From Scyliorhinus canicula (Eukaryota), in NCBI RefSeq assembly GCF_902713615.1, contig NC_052162.1, positions 133,448,653 to 133,512,652 of the forward strand: DNA of 64,000 bases, given 5' to 3'. Positions 23,049-34,326 of this stretch are shown piece after piece (the first letter of the stretch is position 1; each line of letters starts with the position of its first letter). The position numbers and the translations under genes are program-made. Under the pieces are notes generated by a model. The model did no database searches. It was not told the DNA's origin and saw only the letters and a program-made list of their open reading frames with translations.

Positions 23049-23369
23049 GAACTGGAGGCCGAAACAGCAGCAACCCGGGGAGAAAGGGGGGGGGGGGGGG
23101 GGGGGGAAGGGAGGGGGGGGGGGGATAGCAACGAAGGGAGCACGTCAGCGGGGGGTCGCGGGCAATGACTGCCCGAGGCCATCGGTAGAAAGGGAAAAAA
23201 CGGTTTGGTTGCTAGACTGGTAGCGCGGGGGGGGGGGGGGGGGGGGGGGGTGGGGGGGGGGTGCGCGGGGGGGAGGGCGTGGGGAGGATTTTCCAGGGGG
23301 GATTTGTTGTGTTATAATTTAAAATGTAGTAGGGGTAAATGTTTGTATCGAAAAATTTCAATAAAAATT

Positions 23370-23412
<43 letters not shown>

Positions 23413-23423
23413 ATCAAACTTTG

Positions 23424-23740
23424 TTGATTTTTACCGTTCTGTTAGTGATCAGCGAAATGTACGGTTAGATTTTCAGCCTCTGCAATAAACACAGACTTGT
23501 GATTACAGAAATAATATCAGGCCAATCAGACGCAGCTCTCGAGGCGATGTTCCTGTCATATGTTCCGCAGGAAGTGGCTTCAGTCAAGCTTCAGCCAATA
23601 GTCTCAGTTTTTGTTTAATTTTGCACAGGTTTCTGAGATGAATACAAAGTTGTACCTGTTCCTCTAGGCTTGTTAACCTTTTGGGTTTATTTGAAGACAG
23701 AGGAATCTGCTGCTAATTTTGGAAAGTCCAGGTTCCAACC
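23424..23740 (+). pseudogene. Plus-strand V relic whose leader is interrupted by the L1
   Basis: LLIFTVLLVISEMY G|GTTAGA donor (23464), acceptor TTCCGCAG|23571, fragments SVKLQPIVSVF and VYLKTEESAANFGKSRF. Confidence 0.45.
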
Positions 23741-23831
23741 GCCCCCCCCCCCCCCCCCCCCCCCCCGCCCCGGCCCCTCCCCCTACACACTCTCTCTCTC
23801 GCCCGCTATTCCCTCTGTTACACCACAGAAT

Positions 23832-23870
23832 TGTTTCTGTACGAGTCTCCCTCTGGTTGCTGTCACTGTG
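23832..23870 (-). promoter_or_regulatory. 23-RSS of V4
   Basis: CACAGTG + 23 nt + ACAGAAACA. Confidence 0.92.
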
Positions 23871-24394
23871 TGTTTACGTCCGCAGTAATACACCGCGCGG
23901 TCAGACAGCCGCAGCTCCTGGATGGTGAATTTCCCCTCACATTTCGAAATATCCAGAGATGCAGAAAATCGATTCCCCACACCCACAGTTCTGGAAACTG
24001 CTCCGGAATTAGGAATATAGTTCAAGAAGATGGGGGCTTTGTCCCAGTGCCGGCGGTACAGCTGTAAGGAATATGAAGCAGCAATGGTCGGATAGTTGTA
24101 ATTAACCGTCACCGAATCTCCTTCAAACGGTGTCAGTGTAACCGGTTCCTGTGAGACTGAATCTGTACCACTCACACCTGCAGATATTTAGAGATAAAGA
24201 GATTTTTAAAAATCATTCTGTTATATTAATGTTATCAAGGTACCAGCATTTTTTTTTGCAAATATAGAGAATAAACAGTTAAAGGGAAGATTACTATGTC
24301 AGTATAACGTGAAAGTGCAAATTGTGTAACTTGGGCTATTACAGGCGAGGAGAGCCGCAACTGAGAGGAATGAGTAAAAAGTAACTCCCAACAT
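23871..24394 (-). pseudogene. Open-frame TCR V segment V4 lacking Cys23 and Trp41 (leader 24394-24343, V exon 24177-23871)
   Basis: MLGVTFYSFLSVAALLA; DSVSQEP..VTVNY(23)NY..LQL(41)YRR..NRFSASLD..DRAVYYCGRK; splice sites intact. Confidence 0.85.
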
Positions 24395-24559
24395 GTCCAC
24401 AGAACAGATGGTGGATTTGAACAGAGGGAGTTAAACCTGAATTGTTTAGTTCAGACGCTCCGGTCTCTCTGCAGATTGGCTCATTCCTGACAGTCAACAG
24501 GTGGCACCCAATCAGCTCACAGTTCTTTTTTCCTGCCAGGAACAGAATGACAGATTCCC

Positions 24560-24872
24560 AACAGTACAGAAGGAGGCCATTCTGCCCATACAGTCTGCAC
24601 CGTCCCTTCCAAAGACCGTCCTATCTAGGGCCAATTTCCTTACGCTTCCTGAAACTCCACCCTAGGGGGCAATTTAGCATCGCCAATCCAGCAAACCTGC
24701 ACATCTTTGCACTGTGGGAGGAAAGCAGGAGCACCCGCGGGAAACCCACGCAAACACGGGGAGAATGTACAAACTGAACACGGACAGATACCCGAGGTCG
24801 GAATCGAACCCGAGTACCGAGCGATGTGAGGCATCAATGCTAACCACTATGACTCTTTGCCGCCCAATCAGA
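24560..24872 (-). mobile_element. V-SINE (HE1-like)
   Basis: Reverse complement of the SINE core. Confidence 0.8.
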
Positions 24873-25218
24873 TTAACGTCCATTTGTTTTCCACCAATCC
24901 ACGACGTCAGAGCAATGAATATCGAACCAATTGAAAGTGTTCCCACAACAGTTAATTGGACAGAAGAACAGAAGATGATAAGAAATAGGATTTCGTGTGG
25001 GCCATTTGGTCTTTCTAACTTGATCCGCCATTCAATAAGATCCTGATTGTTTGACCTGACATTCAACTTCCTGAGCTATCCAAAATTCCTGATTACCTTA
25101 ATATTCACAAATCCATCAACACCTGTTTTTAAGGAACTCAACAACTGAACAACGACTACTGTCTCGGGGAATAAGAATATGGAGGGCATTAAACGCAATG
25201 TTGTTTCATTATCAAGGT

Positions 25219-25672
25219 GGGGGTGATTCACCCAGACAGCGCTCACTGAAACTCATTGAAAAACATTTTACTTTTGATGCTGAAAGTGACGGAGATTCCA
25301 TATTTCGAAGGTATTCCATCGAACTCTTCTCCCTCCATCAGAATACTTCATTGGAAAGGAGGCACTGCAGAGCAATGTGGCCAATGCGTCTTTTGGTGTT
25401 TTTGCTTTTCGGAATCTTACGACATTGGTTGTTTCAGCCATCTCTATACCTCTGTATGTTTGTCCATTCCACTGTCGATACATCTGATTTACATTTAACA
25501 ATCTGCTGTTGTATTCGTTTGATCGCTTCTCTTCATCGATCCTAATCTATCTACGTCTGTAGCTGTCTTAATCCTCCTGTAAAACTTCCAAAATAGCTCC
25601 GATTCTGTCAACTTTTGTCTGCTTTCAATGAGTTGCCTGTGAACATTGGCGCTGTCTAGGTGAATCACCCCC
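25219..25672. mobile_element. Candidate MITE/non-autonomous DNA element with 24-bp terminal inverted repeats
   Basis: GGGGGTGATTCACCCAGACAGCGC (25219-25242) and its reverse complement with 1 mismatch (25649-25672); no TSD seen. Confidence 0.5.
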
Positions 25673-26524
25673 TTCCTAATAATATTTACGAGAACGGATC
25701 CAGAGATAAGCAACTTTAATCACAAAGATAGATTTGAGAAGTAGCGACTGCTGCCCTTGATGAGCAGGTTAAAACGCGATCTGAGAGAGGTATTGCAAAT
25801 CATGACGGTTCTTGACAGAGTAGATATGGAGGAACAGTTTCCATTGGTGGGAGGATCGAGTACCAGAAGGCACAGATTGAAGGTAATTGGGAAATGAATC
25901 TTGGAGCCATGAGAGAAACACTTTCACCCAACCAGTGGTTAGGATGTGGACTGGACTGTTTGATTGTGTGTGTGTGGGGGGGGGGGGGGGGGGGGGGGTC
26001 AACAGATGCTTTCAAAGGGTAATTGGTTTGTTACCTCAAATAGAAAATCAATGCTAGTTTACAGAGAAATGAGTGGTGTAAGATAAATCACCCCTTTATT
26101 CGGCCAGCACATGCATGCCTGGTGGAAAGGTCTTCTTCTGCATTGAAATCACCCTCTGACTATGTTTAAAGGGGCGGCAGTGGGTTAGCTGTAATGTCAC
26201 TGAGATAGTAATTGAGATGGCTAGCCTAATTCTCTGACACCATATGTTCAAATCCTACAATAGCTGAAAGATGAATTTTAAAATATAAATAAATGGCACA
26301 GTAAGCTAATCAGTTCATTGGGTTAGAAATGGTCAACAAATGTTGGTCTAGCCAATGATGCCCACACCCCATGACATTTGTTTTTTAAATCAGAAATTGC
26401 AATACTATAGTTTGGCCAGTTGATGGCAGTGACACTGTGGTTGCTGACATTACATGAAGCAGAGAGTGTCTCAATTATTACGACAATGGACCCTGTCTGT
26501 GTTCAAATTAAACAAGACACCGTA

Positions 26525-26735
26525 TTAGGCTAGCTCAGTTGGTTAGACAGCTGGTTTGTGATGCAGAACCTGGCCAAAAGCACGGGTTGAATTCCCGTAC
26601 TAGCTAAGGTTATTCCTGAATGACTTGCCTTCTCAACCTTGCCCCTGGCATCAGGTTTAATCACCACCAGCCAGCTCCCGCCCTCAAAGAGGAAAGCAAC
26701 CTGTGGTCCTCTGGGACTATGGCGACTTTACCTAT
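26525..26735 (+). mobile_element. tRNA-headed SINE
   Basis: TAGCTCAGTTGG A-box and GGGTTGAATTCCC B-box followed by SINE body. Confidence 0.65.
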
Positions 26736-27149
26736 TAGGCTCGGTCACGTTTCTGATTTTATGACTGCAGAGCCCAGTTATGACCGTACTCGGCTGAATC
26801 CCAGCTGTTAATATGTTGAACCAATATTACGCTCAGCATTCAGGAAATTACAATAGCACTGAATCATACCTCGGCTAATATGAAAATGGTCCATGCCCAA
26901 TTGTTACTTCAAGAGACCCAGCATCCACTGATACTAAACCTAAGCATGTTCCTATTTGTATTACATGAGGCTCTGTCTCAATTATTACTTTAAAATAACC
27001 TGCCACATTCCTCGGCATAGTGGTCTTGGCCAAACCATCTTTAGCCGTTTTAGCCATTACCTTCTTTTACTCATAAAGTCAGAAATGAGGATGTACTCTG
27101 TTGATTGCACAATATTAAACCACCATTCGCGACCCCTCACATGCTGACC

Positions 27150-27560
27150 CAGCCTATGAACAATGCAGCAAGATCGGGACTATATTCAGGTTTGATTGAC
27201 AGGTGACAAGTATAGGCAATGGCCAAGAGAGCATCAAACCATCGTCACTTGACATTGAATGGAGTAAGTATTGTGGAATCCCCCAGCATCAATATTCTGG
27301 GAGTGGCCATTGACCAGAAACTGAATTCGAATATCCCAATAAATATGGCGTCCACCAGAACAAGTCAAGTCTAGGAACACAGGACAAAACAGCCTCTTTG
27401 ATTGATATCACTTCCATAAACATCCAATCCTTTAACCACCGACAAAGAGTGTCAGATTATGTAACATATACAAGATGTATTATAGAAACTCACCACGGCT
27501 ACTGAGGAGCGCCTTCCAAACGTACGAACACTTCCATCTTGAAGGACAACACGAGAAAAC
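27150..27560 (+). mobile_element. Old LINE (L2/CR1-like) RT 3' fragment
   Basis: Remnant ILGVAIDQKLN; related to 58230-59640. Confidence 0.6.
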
Positions 27561-28254
27561 ACAAGTATTTGTGTGATCAAAATCGTAGAAATATTTTGAA
27601 CACTAATAAGTGGAATAGGTCAAAGATAATGCAGGCATCAGGATCAAATTCCGAAGTGACAGGAATACAGATTCCAGAAATAATAATAGAGAATTAGAGC
27701 ATTTAAACTTGAATGGTGGTGGGCTATTTGTACATACATTACCGAAGCAGTGTTTTTACCCACTCTTATTTTTGGAGACGCAATTAAAATAGTTAAGACA
27801 TTGCTGACTATGAACGTACGCAATACAGGGTCTGGTGCAATTTTAATAGTTACAACCTGCAGTGCATGACTGAACACATCTCTGGATCGAGTCTGCTGCT
27901 GACACAATGAGTATCTGGTGCAGCTGGACAAAGTTGGCTGTCAAATAACCGTGTCTGTGTGGGAGACAGCGAACATTGACACAACAGCAAATGGTTTTCT
28001 TAACGTTGCATCAGAGTCAGGCACCATTGCAATGTGATTGGATGAAGTTAGTGTCAGGCAGATAAAACCCGAAATTGCTGGAATTCCTCTGCATGTCAGG
28101 CAGAATCTGAGGAGAGAAACAGAGTTCACGTTTCATGTCACTGACAGAACATCAGCACCAGGTTCATGTCCCTGAAACTAACTGTATTTCTCTCTGAAAA
28201 TGTGACCCGCCAGAGTAACACATTTGGCCGCACTTCTGTTTCTGACCTAATAAA

Positions 28255-28380
28255 AGCAAATTACTGCGGATGCTGGAATCTGAAACGAAAGGGAAAATGC
28301 TGGAAATTTTCAGCAAGTCTGGCAGTATCTGTAACGAGAGAAAAGAGCTAACGTTTCGAGTCCGATGACTCTTTGTCAAA
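28255..28380 (-). mobile_element. Short Penelope-type terminal fragment with hammerhead-like motif
   Basis: Minus strand TTGACAAA-GAGTC-ATCG-GACTC-GAAAC-GTTA; body shared with 39140-39240 and 51575-51668. Confidence 0.65.
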
Positions 28381-29049
28381 GGTCAGACTGGGGTCTGTTT
28401 CTGACCTGTTTGACCTGGGTTCAAATTCCACTCCAGGATTGTTGACCATGGCGGGAGTGTTGCTGCCACTGAAGCAGGTTATTAATCAGCCTCCAAAATC
28501 CTTAACACTCTCCACACCTTCCTGCAAGAGGGATATAATGTGAATGTACGAAAACCAATCGGATTGTCCATCCGCTTTCTGACCTGTTGAGTTTTTCCAG
28601 CAGCTTTCGAGCAGTATCACTATTTTAGATTTCTAGTATATGAGGCGTGTTACCTTTGGACTAATGTAATGGGAGCTGCGAACAGGTATTTCAGCATCGA
28701 TTCGTTGGTGGCACTCATACCCCCTGAGTCAGAAAGCTGGGGGTGCAAGTTCCAGTCCGGACTCCCGATCTCATAATATAGATCAATTCTCACCGTGATA
28801 GTTTCGATGAAAATCCTTGGTGTCCATTATCCATTATTTCCATACATTTCAGATTGAAGGGGTGGAGGACAGAAAAAACACTGGTCAGTCGCTCCATTCA
28901 GCGAACTGCGGGTTACCGGCATATCAATGATGCTTTAAAGTCCGTTCCTCCTCCTCCCCCCCCCCCCCCCCCCCCCCCCCACCTCGCACTTGCAAAATAA
29001 CAACGTATTTCTCCTCGGATTTGCGATGTGATTTACAACTGCCGCACCA

Positions 29050-29700
29050 GTATAATAATCACAGAGACCGGCTCCAGTGTATCCGTAACAGAGACTGCCG
29101 GGCCCGGGGTCAGACTGGGGTCTGGTATAATAATAATCACAGAGACCGGCTCCAGTGTATCAGTAACAGAGACTGCTGGGCCCGGGGTCAGACTGGGATC
29201 AGGTATAATAATAATCACAGTGACCGGCTCCAGTGTATCAATAACAGAGGCTGCCGGGCCCGGGGTCAGACTGGGGTCAGGTATAATAATAACCACAGAG
29301 ACCGGCTCCAGTGTATCAATAACAGAGACTGCCGGGCCCGGGGTCAGACTGGGGTCAGTTATAATAATAACCACAGAGACCGGCTCCAGTGTATCAATAA
29401 CAGAGACTGCCGGGCCCGGGGTCAGACTGGGATCAGGTATAATAATAATCACAGTGACCGGCTCCAGTGTATCAGTAACAGAGACTGCCGGGCCCGGGGT
29501 CAGACTGGGGTCTGGTATAATAATAATCACAGAGACCGGCTCCAGTGTATCAGTAACAGAGACTGCCGGGCCCAGGATCAGGCTGGGGTCTGGCATAATA
29601 ATAATCACAGAGACTGGCTCCAGTGTATCAGTAACAGAGACTGCCGGGCCCAGGGTCAGACTGGGATCTGGTATAATAATAATCACACAGACCAGCTCCA
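29050..29700. repeat. 78-bp minisatellite, about 8.3 copies
   Basis: Unit TATAATAATAATCACAGAGACCGGCTCCAGTGTATCAGTAACAGAGACTGCCGGGCCCGGGGTCAGACTGGGGTCTGG; period 78 (AATC at 29057 and 29135). Confidence 0.97.
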
Positions 29701-30154
29701 ATAGCAGTCTGCTGATAATATTATGAAGGGAGGCATGGAGCTTAGTTTTATTCGGAAGTGAAACTATGAGAAAGCTGTGATGCCGAGGTCCTGGGCCAGT
29801 CTCCCTTGCATTAAAAACGGATTGCAAACATCTCTGAGTGAGGAACGTGTGACTGACTCCTCCTGGGATTCTTTATACCCAATGGGAGGACAATCATGGC
29901 CGACTCGAGAGATTTCTGATATCTGAGGTGATAATGATTTATCTTTCAGGGGAACCGAAACATCTGTTTCTTCTCATTCTTACCAACACTTCCCCATTGA
30001 CATAGACACAGAAAAGCCGCATCCGACAGGTTATGGAAACTAAATCATCAAACCCCCATCATATGAAGAATTCGTGCCACAAATGTTCAAGATAATTGTA
30101 CTTTTTCTGAGCAAATTCTATCGAGTGTTAGTTTGTTCAAAGTTACGAATTTCT

Positions 30155-30470
30155 CATAGAATCGCTGCAGTGCAGAAGATGGTCATCGAGTCTGCGCAGA
30201 CTCTTCGAAAGAGCACCCTACCTGGATCCAATTACCGAACTTGTCCTGTATCGGTGCCCAACCTTTGGACACTAAGGGCAATTTAGCATGGCCAATCCAC
30301 CTAACCTGCATATCTTTTGATTGTGCGTGGAAACCAGAACACCCGGAGGAAACTCAAGCACACACGGGAGGAAAGTGCAAACTCCACACACACAGTCACC
30401 CGAGGTCAGAATCATCTGGTCCCTGGCGCTGTGAGTCAGCAGTGCCAACAACCCTGCCGCTGAAAGTTTC
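30155..30470 (-). mobile_element. V-SINE (HE1-like)
   Basis: Reverse complement of core and tail. Confidence 0.8.
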
Positions 30471-30693
30471 CTGAAAATTAACTGCACACGCCCAGGTTCT
30501 GTCAAATGACAGGATTAGCACAAGAGCAAAGCTATATAATGATTGCATTTTATTCGGTTTCAATGAGGTACAGAGTCCAAACAGAAATGGTACTGGGACA
30601 ATGATTAGAAATGAGCCATCCGACAAAGTGACACTGGCTAGAACTTGCTCAGGAAAAGTACAACTGATCCCATTCCCTATAATGCTTCATATC

Positions 30694-31080
30694 GTGATGT
30701 GGAGATGCCGGCGTTGGACTGGGGTGAGCACAGCAATAAGTCTTCCAACACCAGGTTAAAGTCCAACAGGTTTGTTTCAAATCACTAGCTTTCAGAGCAC
30801 TGCTCTTTCCTCAGGTGAATGAAGAGGTATGTTCTAGAAACATGTAGATAGACAAAGCCAATTGTCTATGTTCCAGAAACATATATAGAGACAAAGATAA
30901 CGAGGAGACAATTGTCTTTATCTATATATATGTTTCTGGAACATAGACAATTGTCTTTGTCTATGTATATGTTTTTGGAACCTACCTCTTCATTCACCTG
31001 AGGAAGGAGCAGTGCTCCGGAAGCTAGTGTTTGAAACAAACCTGTTGGACTTTAACCTGGTGTTGTAAGACTTCTTACTA
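30694..31080. mobile_element. Penelope-like pseudo-LTR pair in inverted (palindromic) arrangement
   Basis: Arms of about 165 bp (about 30733-30898 and 30915-31079) are near reverse complements; same sequence as the 3' end of the GIY-YIG fragment at 34735-34865. Confidence 0.85.
30782..30819 (-). ncRNA. Minimal hammerhead ribozyme motif
   Basis: UCAC-CUGAGGA-A-AGAGCA/G/UGCUCU-GAAA-G-CUA-GUGA: full core, stem II hairpin, UCAC/GUGA stem I. Confidence 0.7.
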
Positions 31081-32778
31081 TTCTTCATATAATAACGCCT
31101 TAAAATATTTATCGTTAATTTTACAACTATATTATTAAATATGATTCTATCATTCTTTCCAGCTGTGCTTCCAGTTTATAACAACTCGCTGTGTAAAAAC
31201 AGTCCTCCTGTTCAATGCAGTAAATCTGTGTCCTCTGGTTCCAGACCCTCCTGCCAGATTTAATACTCTCTCTTTAATTACTCTGTTCAAACCCTCATGG
31301 TTTTATCAGTTTTCTGAAATAGACAACACAGAGAGATGGAGAGAGATACAGGGAGAGAGAGGCAGAGTAAATGTGAGCAATGAAATATGAAGAGGAGAAA
31401 GAGAGATGGTGGGTTGAAAGAAAAAAACTGAGAAACAACAAAAATGAATTACGCAGAGAGAGGGAGAATGATAAAATAATGAAAGGTAGCAAGATATAAT
31501 TTCCTGGATTCAGAGAACCGAGTGACTGATCCAGTGACCATCCAATCATGCCCTGGAGTGGAACGTGTGAACAGATCACACCAGGCTCATTTGTAAATGT
31601 CACCACAATGTGATCTGTGTGACTCTGCCCTGACTCTGTGGACAGATATAAGCCGCACTGACAGATGTTCTCACCAGATTGTGGTCCCTGGATATATTTT
31701 CTGCTCAGAAGTGAGATGTGCGGTTTGGAACCGGCAGCAGAGAAACAGGAAGTTGTGTTACCTGAGAATGAAACAGCAGGCGTCAGTTTTATGTTATCAC
31801 CGTGAACAGTCTTCCTGCCTGTGAGGGTGAACTCACTGTGACAGCATCAAGAACACCCACACAGATTGCTGCCGATGTCACCAATACATTCACCTCGATT
31901 GCCATTCCCTTAAAAAAGTTAGAGTACTTGTGTAAAAACACATTAAACGAAGGGGAGATGGATAGAGGGTTGTCACTGGGAGAGAAGAATGGGAATTAAA
32001 ACAACAATTTCGCTAACAGGTGTTATACTAAAGTAGAAAGTTTGAAGTAAGTTGATGTTTCTGTGAGTGAGAGATTGAGAGAGAGACACAGAGAGAGAGA
32101 GATTAATATTTAAAGACATAAAATGCCTTCAACAAAAAAAGATTTAAACGTTAGGTGCCAGACCTGGCTGCTGTGAACCTGTGTATGGGAGTTAAGTCTG
32201 AGAGAGAAAAGCGGGGTCAACAGAGAAAGCGAGGTGAGCCGATATGTAAGTAATTTGAAATATATATTTGCCTTTGCAAAGGAATGAACAGCTTGATATT
32301 ACTGTCACGATCACTCAAAAACAGTAAATATTGACTGTAGCATAGGATCTGGAAGGTAATCTCAACAAAATGTCGTCATGTGCTGAAAAATAATTACAAT
32401 TATTTGTACCGCCATTTTGCAAAAAATTAAAAATGATGTGTTCCAGACCAACGGACCACCATCGACATACATACACTTTCAGATCCTGTCTCTCTCAATC
32501 ATTGGCCACAGCAAAAGCAAACAGAAATCCTTCAGCAAAAAGGGTGGAAGACAATTGGCACCATTAAAGAAAACAGTGAGTAATTGTCACAGATAAACAC
32601 AAGTATGAATTAATGATATCTAACACAATGACGTTTGTGACTTGTGTGATGTGAAGTTCAATATGGCTCCTGTGTTTCTGTTCCTCAGTTTGCTGATGAA
32701 GTGAATGTCACATGACTCATTCCAATCTTTCAGCAAAATATTACACACACATCACCGGAGCAATCACACTAACACCGT

Positions 32779-33080
32779 AGGGCAGCTCGGTAGCACTCGT
32801 GGCTAGCATTGTGGCTTCACAGCGCCAGGGTCTCAGGTTCGATTCCCCGCTGGGTCACTGTCTGTGCCGTGACTGCGTGGGTTTCCTCCGGGTGCTCCGG
32901 TTTCCCCCCACAGTCCCACAACGTGCAAGTTAGATGGATTGGCCATAATAAATTGCCCTTAGTGACAGGCAGAAAATGGTTAGGAGAGGTTATTGGGTTA
33001 TGGGGATAGAGTGAAAGTGAGGGCTTAAGTGGGTCGGTGCAGATTCGATAGGCCGAATGATCTCCTTCTGCACTATGTTT
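32779..33080 (+). mobile_element. V-SINE (HE1-like)
   Basis: Head, core and tail. Confidence 0.85.
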
Positions 33081-33294
33081 TGTTAAATAGTTATTCATTA
33101 TGCTTTTGTAAGTTAATTAAATCTCAGACAGAAAAGGGAGCTTAAGTAATGTAGTCTGAAACAAAGAGATGAGAGCAGATCGGCAGTAATTTGAAAGATG
33201 TATTTGCGTTTGCAAGGAACGTCCACAACCCCTAATAGTTATTGACACGACGAAATGTATTCATAAAAACAGAAGTGAGTGCCCCTTTTACGCA

Positions 33295-33825
33295 CACAAG
33301 TCAGTGGCTCAGTGTTATTGACACTGGACAAGTAATCCAGAGAACCAGAGTCAAGCTCTGGGGACCCGGGTTCCCACCACGGCAGGTGGTGACATTTCAA
33401 TCAAGAAAAATCTGGAATTAAAAGATGACCATGAAACCATTGTTGATGGGAGTAAAAAAACATCTAGTTTATTAATGTCCTTTAGGGAAGGACATGTGTC
33501 ACGTTTAACTATTCTGGCTAGAACTATATAACTTTAACTATATCGTCGCTGGACTAGTAATCCAGAGACCCAGAGTCCAATTGGCAGGTGGTGAAACTTG
33601 AATCCAGAAAATTCAGGAATCTAATGCTAACAATGAGCCATTGTCGATGGGAGTAAAAACCGATCTGGTTCACTGATGTCCTTCAGGGAAGGGAATCTGT
33701 TGCCTTAACTAGTCTGTCCTTCATATCACTCAACACCCACTGCAATGTGGTTGACTCTTAAATGCCCCCAGGGATTGGCAGTTGCTGCTGGCCCAACCAC
33801 CGACTCACACATCCCATGAACGAAT
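33295..33825 (+). mobile_element. Two tandem Deu-domain-like (SacSINE1-like) SINE remnants
   Basis: AATGTCC.T.AGGGAAGG...GCAATGTGGTTGACTCTTAA; duplicated head GGAC.AGTAATCCAGAG. Confidence 0.6.
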
Positions 33826-33848
33826 AAAAAATATTTAGAGTTTGAAAA

Positions 33849-34326
33849 NNNNNNNNNNNNNNNNNNNNNNNNNNNNNNNNNNNNNNNNNNNNNNNNNNNN
33901 NNNNNNNNNNNNNNNNNNNNNNNNNNNNNNNNNNNNNNNNNNNNNNNNNNNNNNNNNNNNNNNNNNNNNNNNNNNNNNNNNNNNNNNNNNNNNNNNNNNN
34001 NNNNNNNNNNNNNNNNNNNNNNNNNNNNNNNNNNNNNNNNNNNNNNNNNNNNNNNNNNNNNNNNNNNNNNNNNNNNNNNNNNNNNNNNNNNNNNNNNNNN
34101 NNNNNNNNNNNNNNNNNNNNNNNNNNNNNNNNNNNNNNNNNNNNNNNNNNNNNNNNNNNNNNNNNNNNNNNNNNNNNNNNNNNNNNNNNNNNNNNNNNNN
34201 NNNNNNNNNNNNNNNNNNNNNNNNNNNNNNNNNNNNNNNNNNNNNNNNNNNNNNNNNNNNNNNNNNNNNNNNNNNNNNNNNNNNNNNNNNNNNNNNNNNN
34301 NNNNNNNNNNNNNNNNNNNNNNNNNN
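33849..34326. other. Assembly gap (478 N)
   Basis: Run of n. Confidence 1.

Larger units (their letters stand above)
17289..23408 (+). mobile_element. Full-length L1-clade non-LTR retrotransposon
   Basis: ORF1 + ORF2, AATAAA at about 23360, poly(A) about 23374-23409, TSD AGAGATCAAACTTTG at 17274-17288 and 23409-23423. Confidence 0.97.

Noticed and set aside
29050-29700. CRISPR-like array or tandem cryptic RSSs (CACAGTG/CACAGAG in each unit)
   Set aside because: Eukaryotic context, no unique spacers, and no nonamer at 12 or 23 nt.
31560-31720. Minus-strand V-like ending (VRAESHRSHCG)
   Set aside because: Spacing fits only loosely; no FR1/FR2 motifs and no credible RSS.
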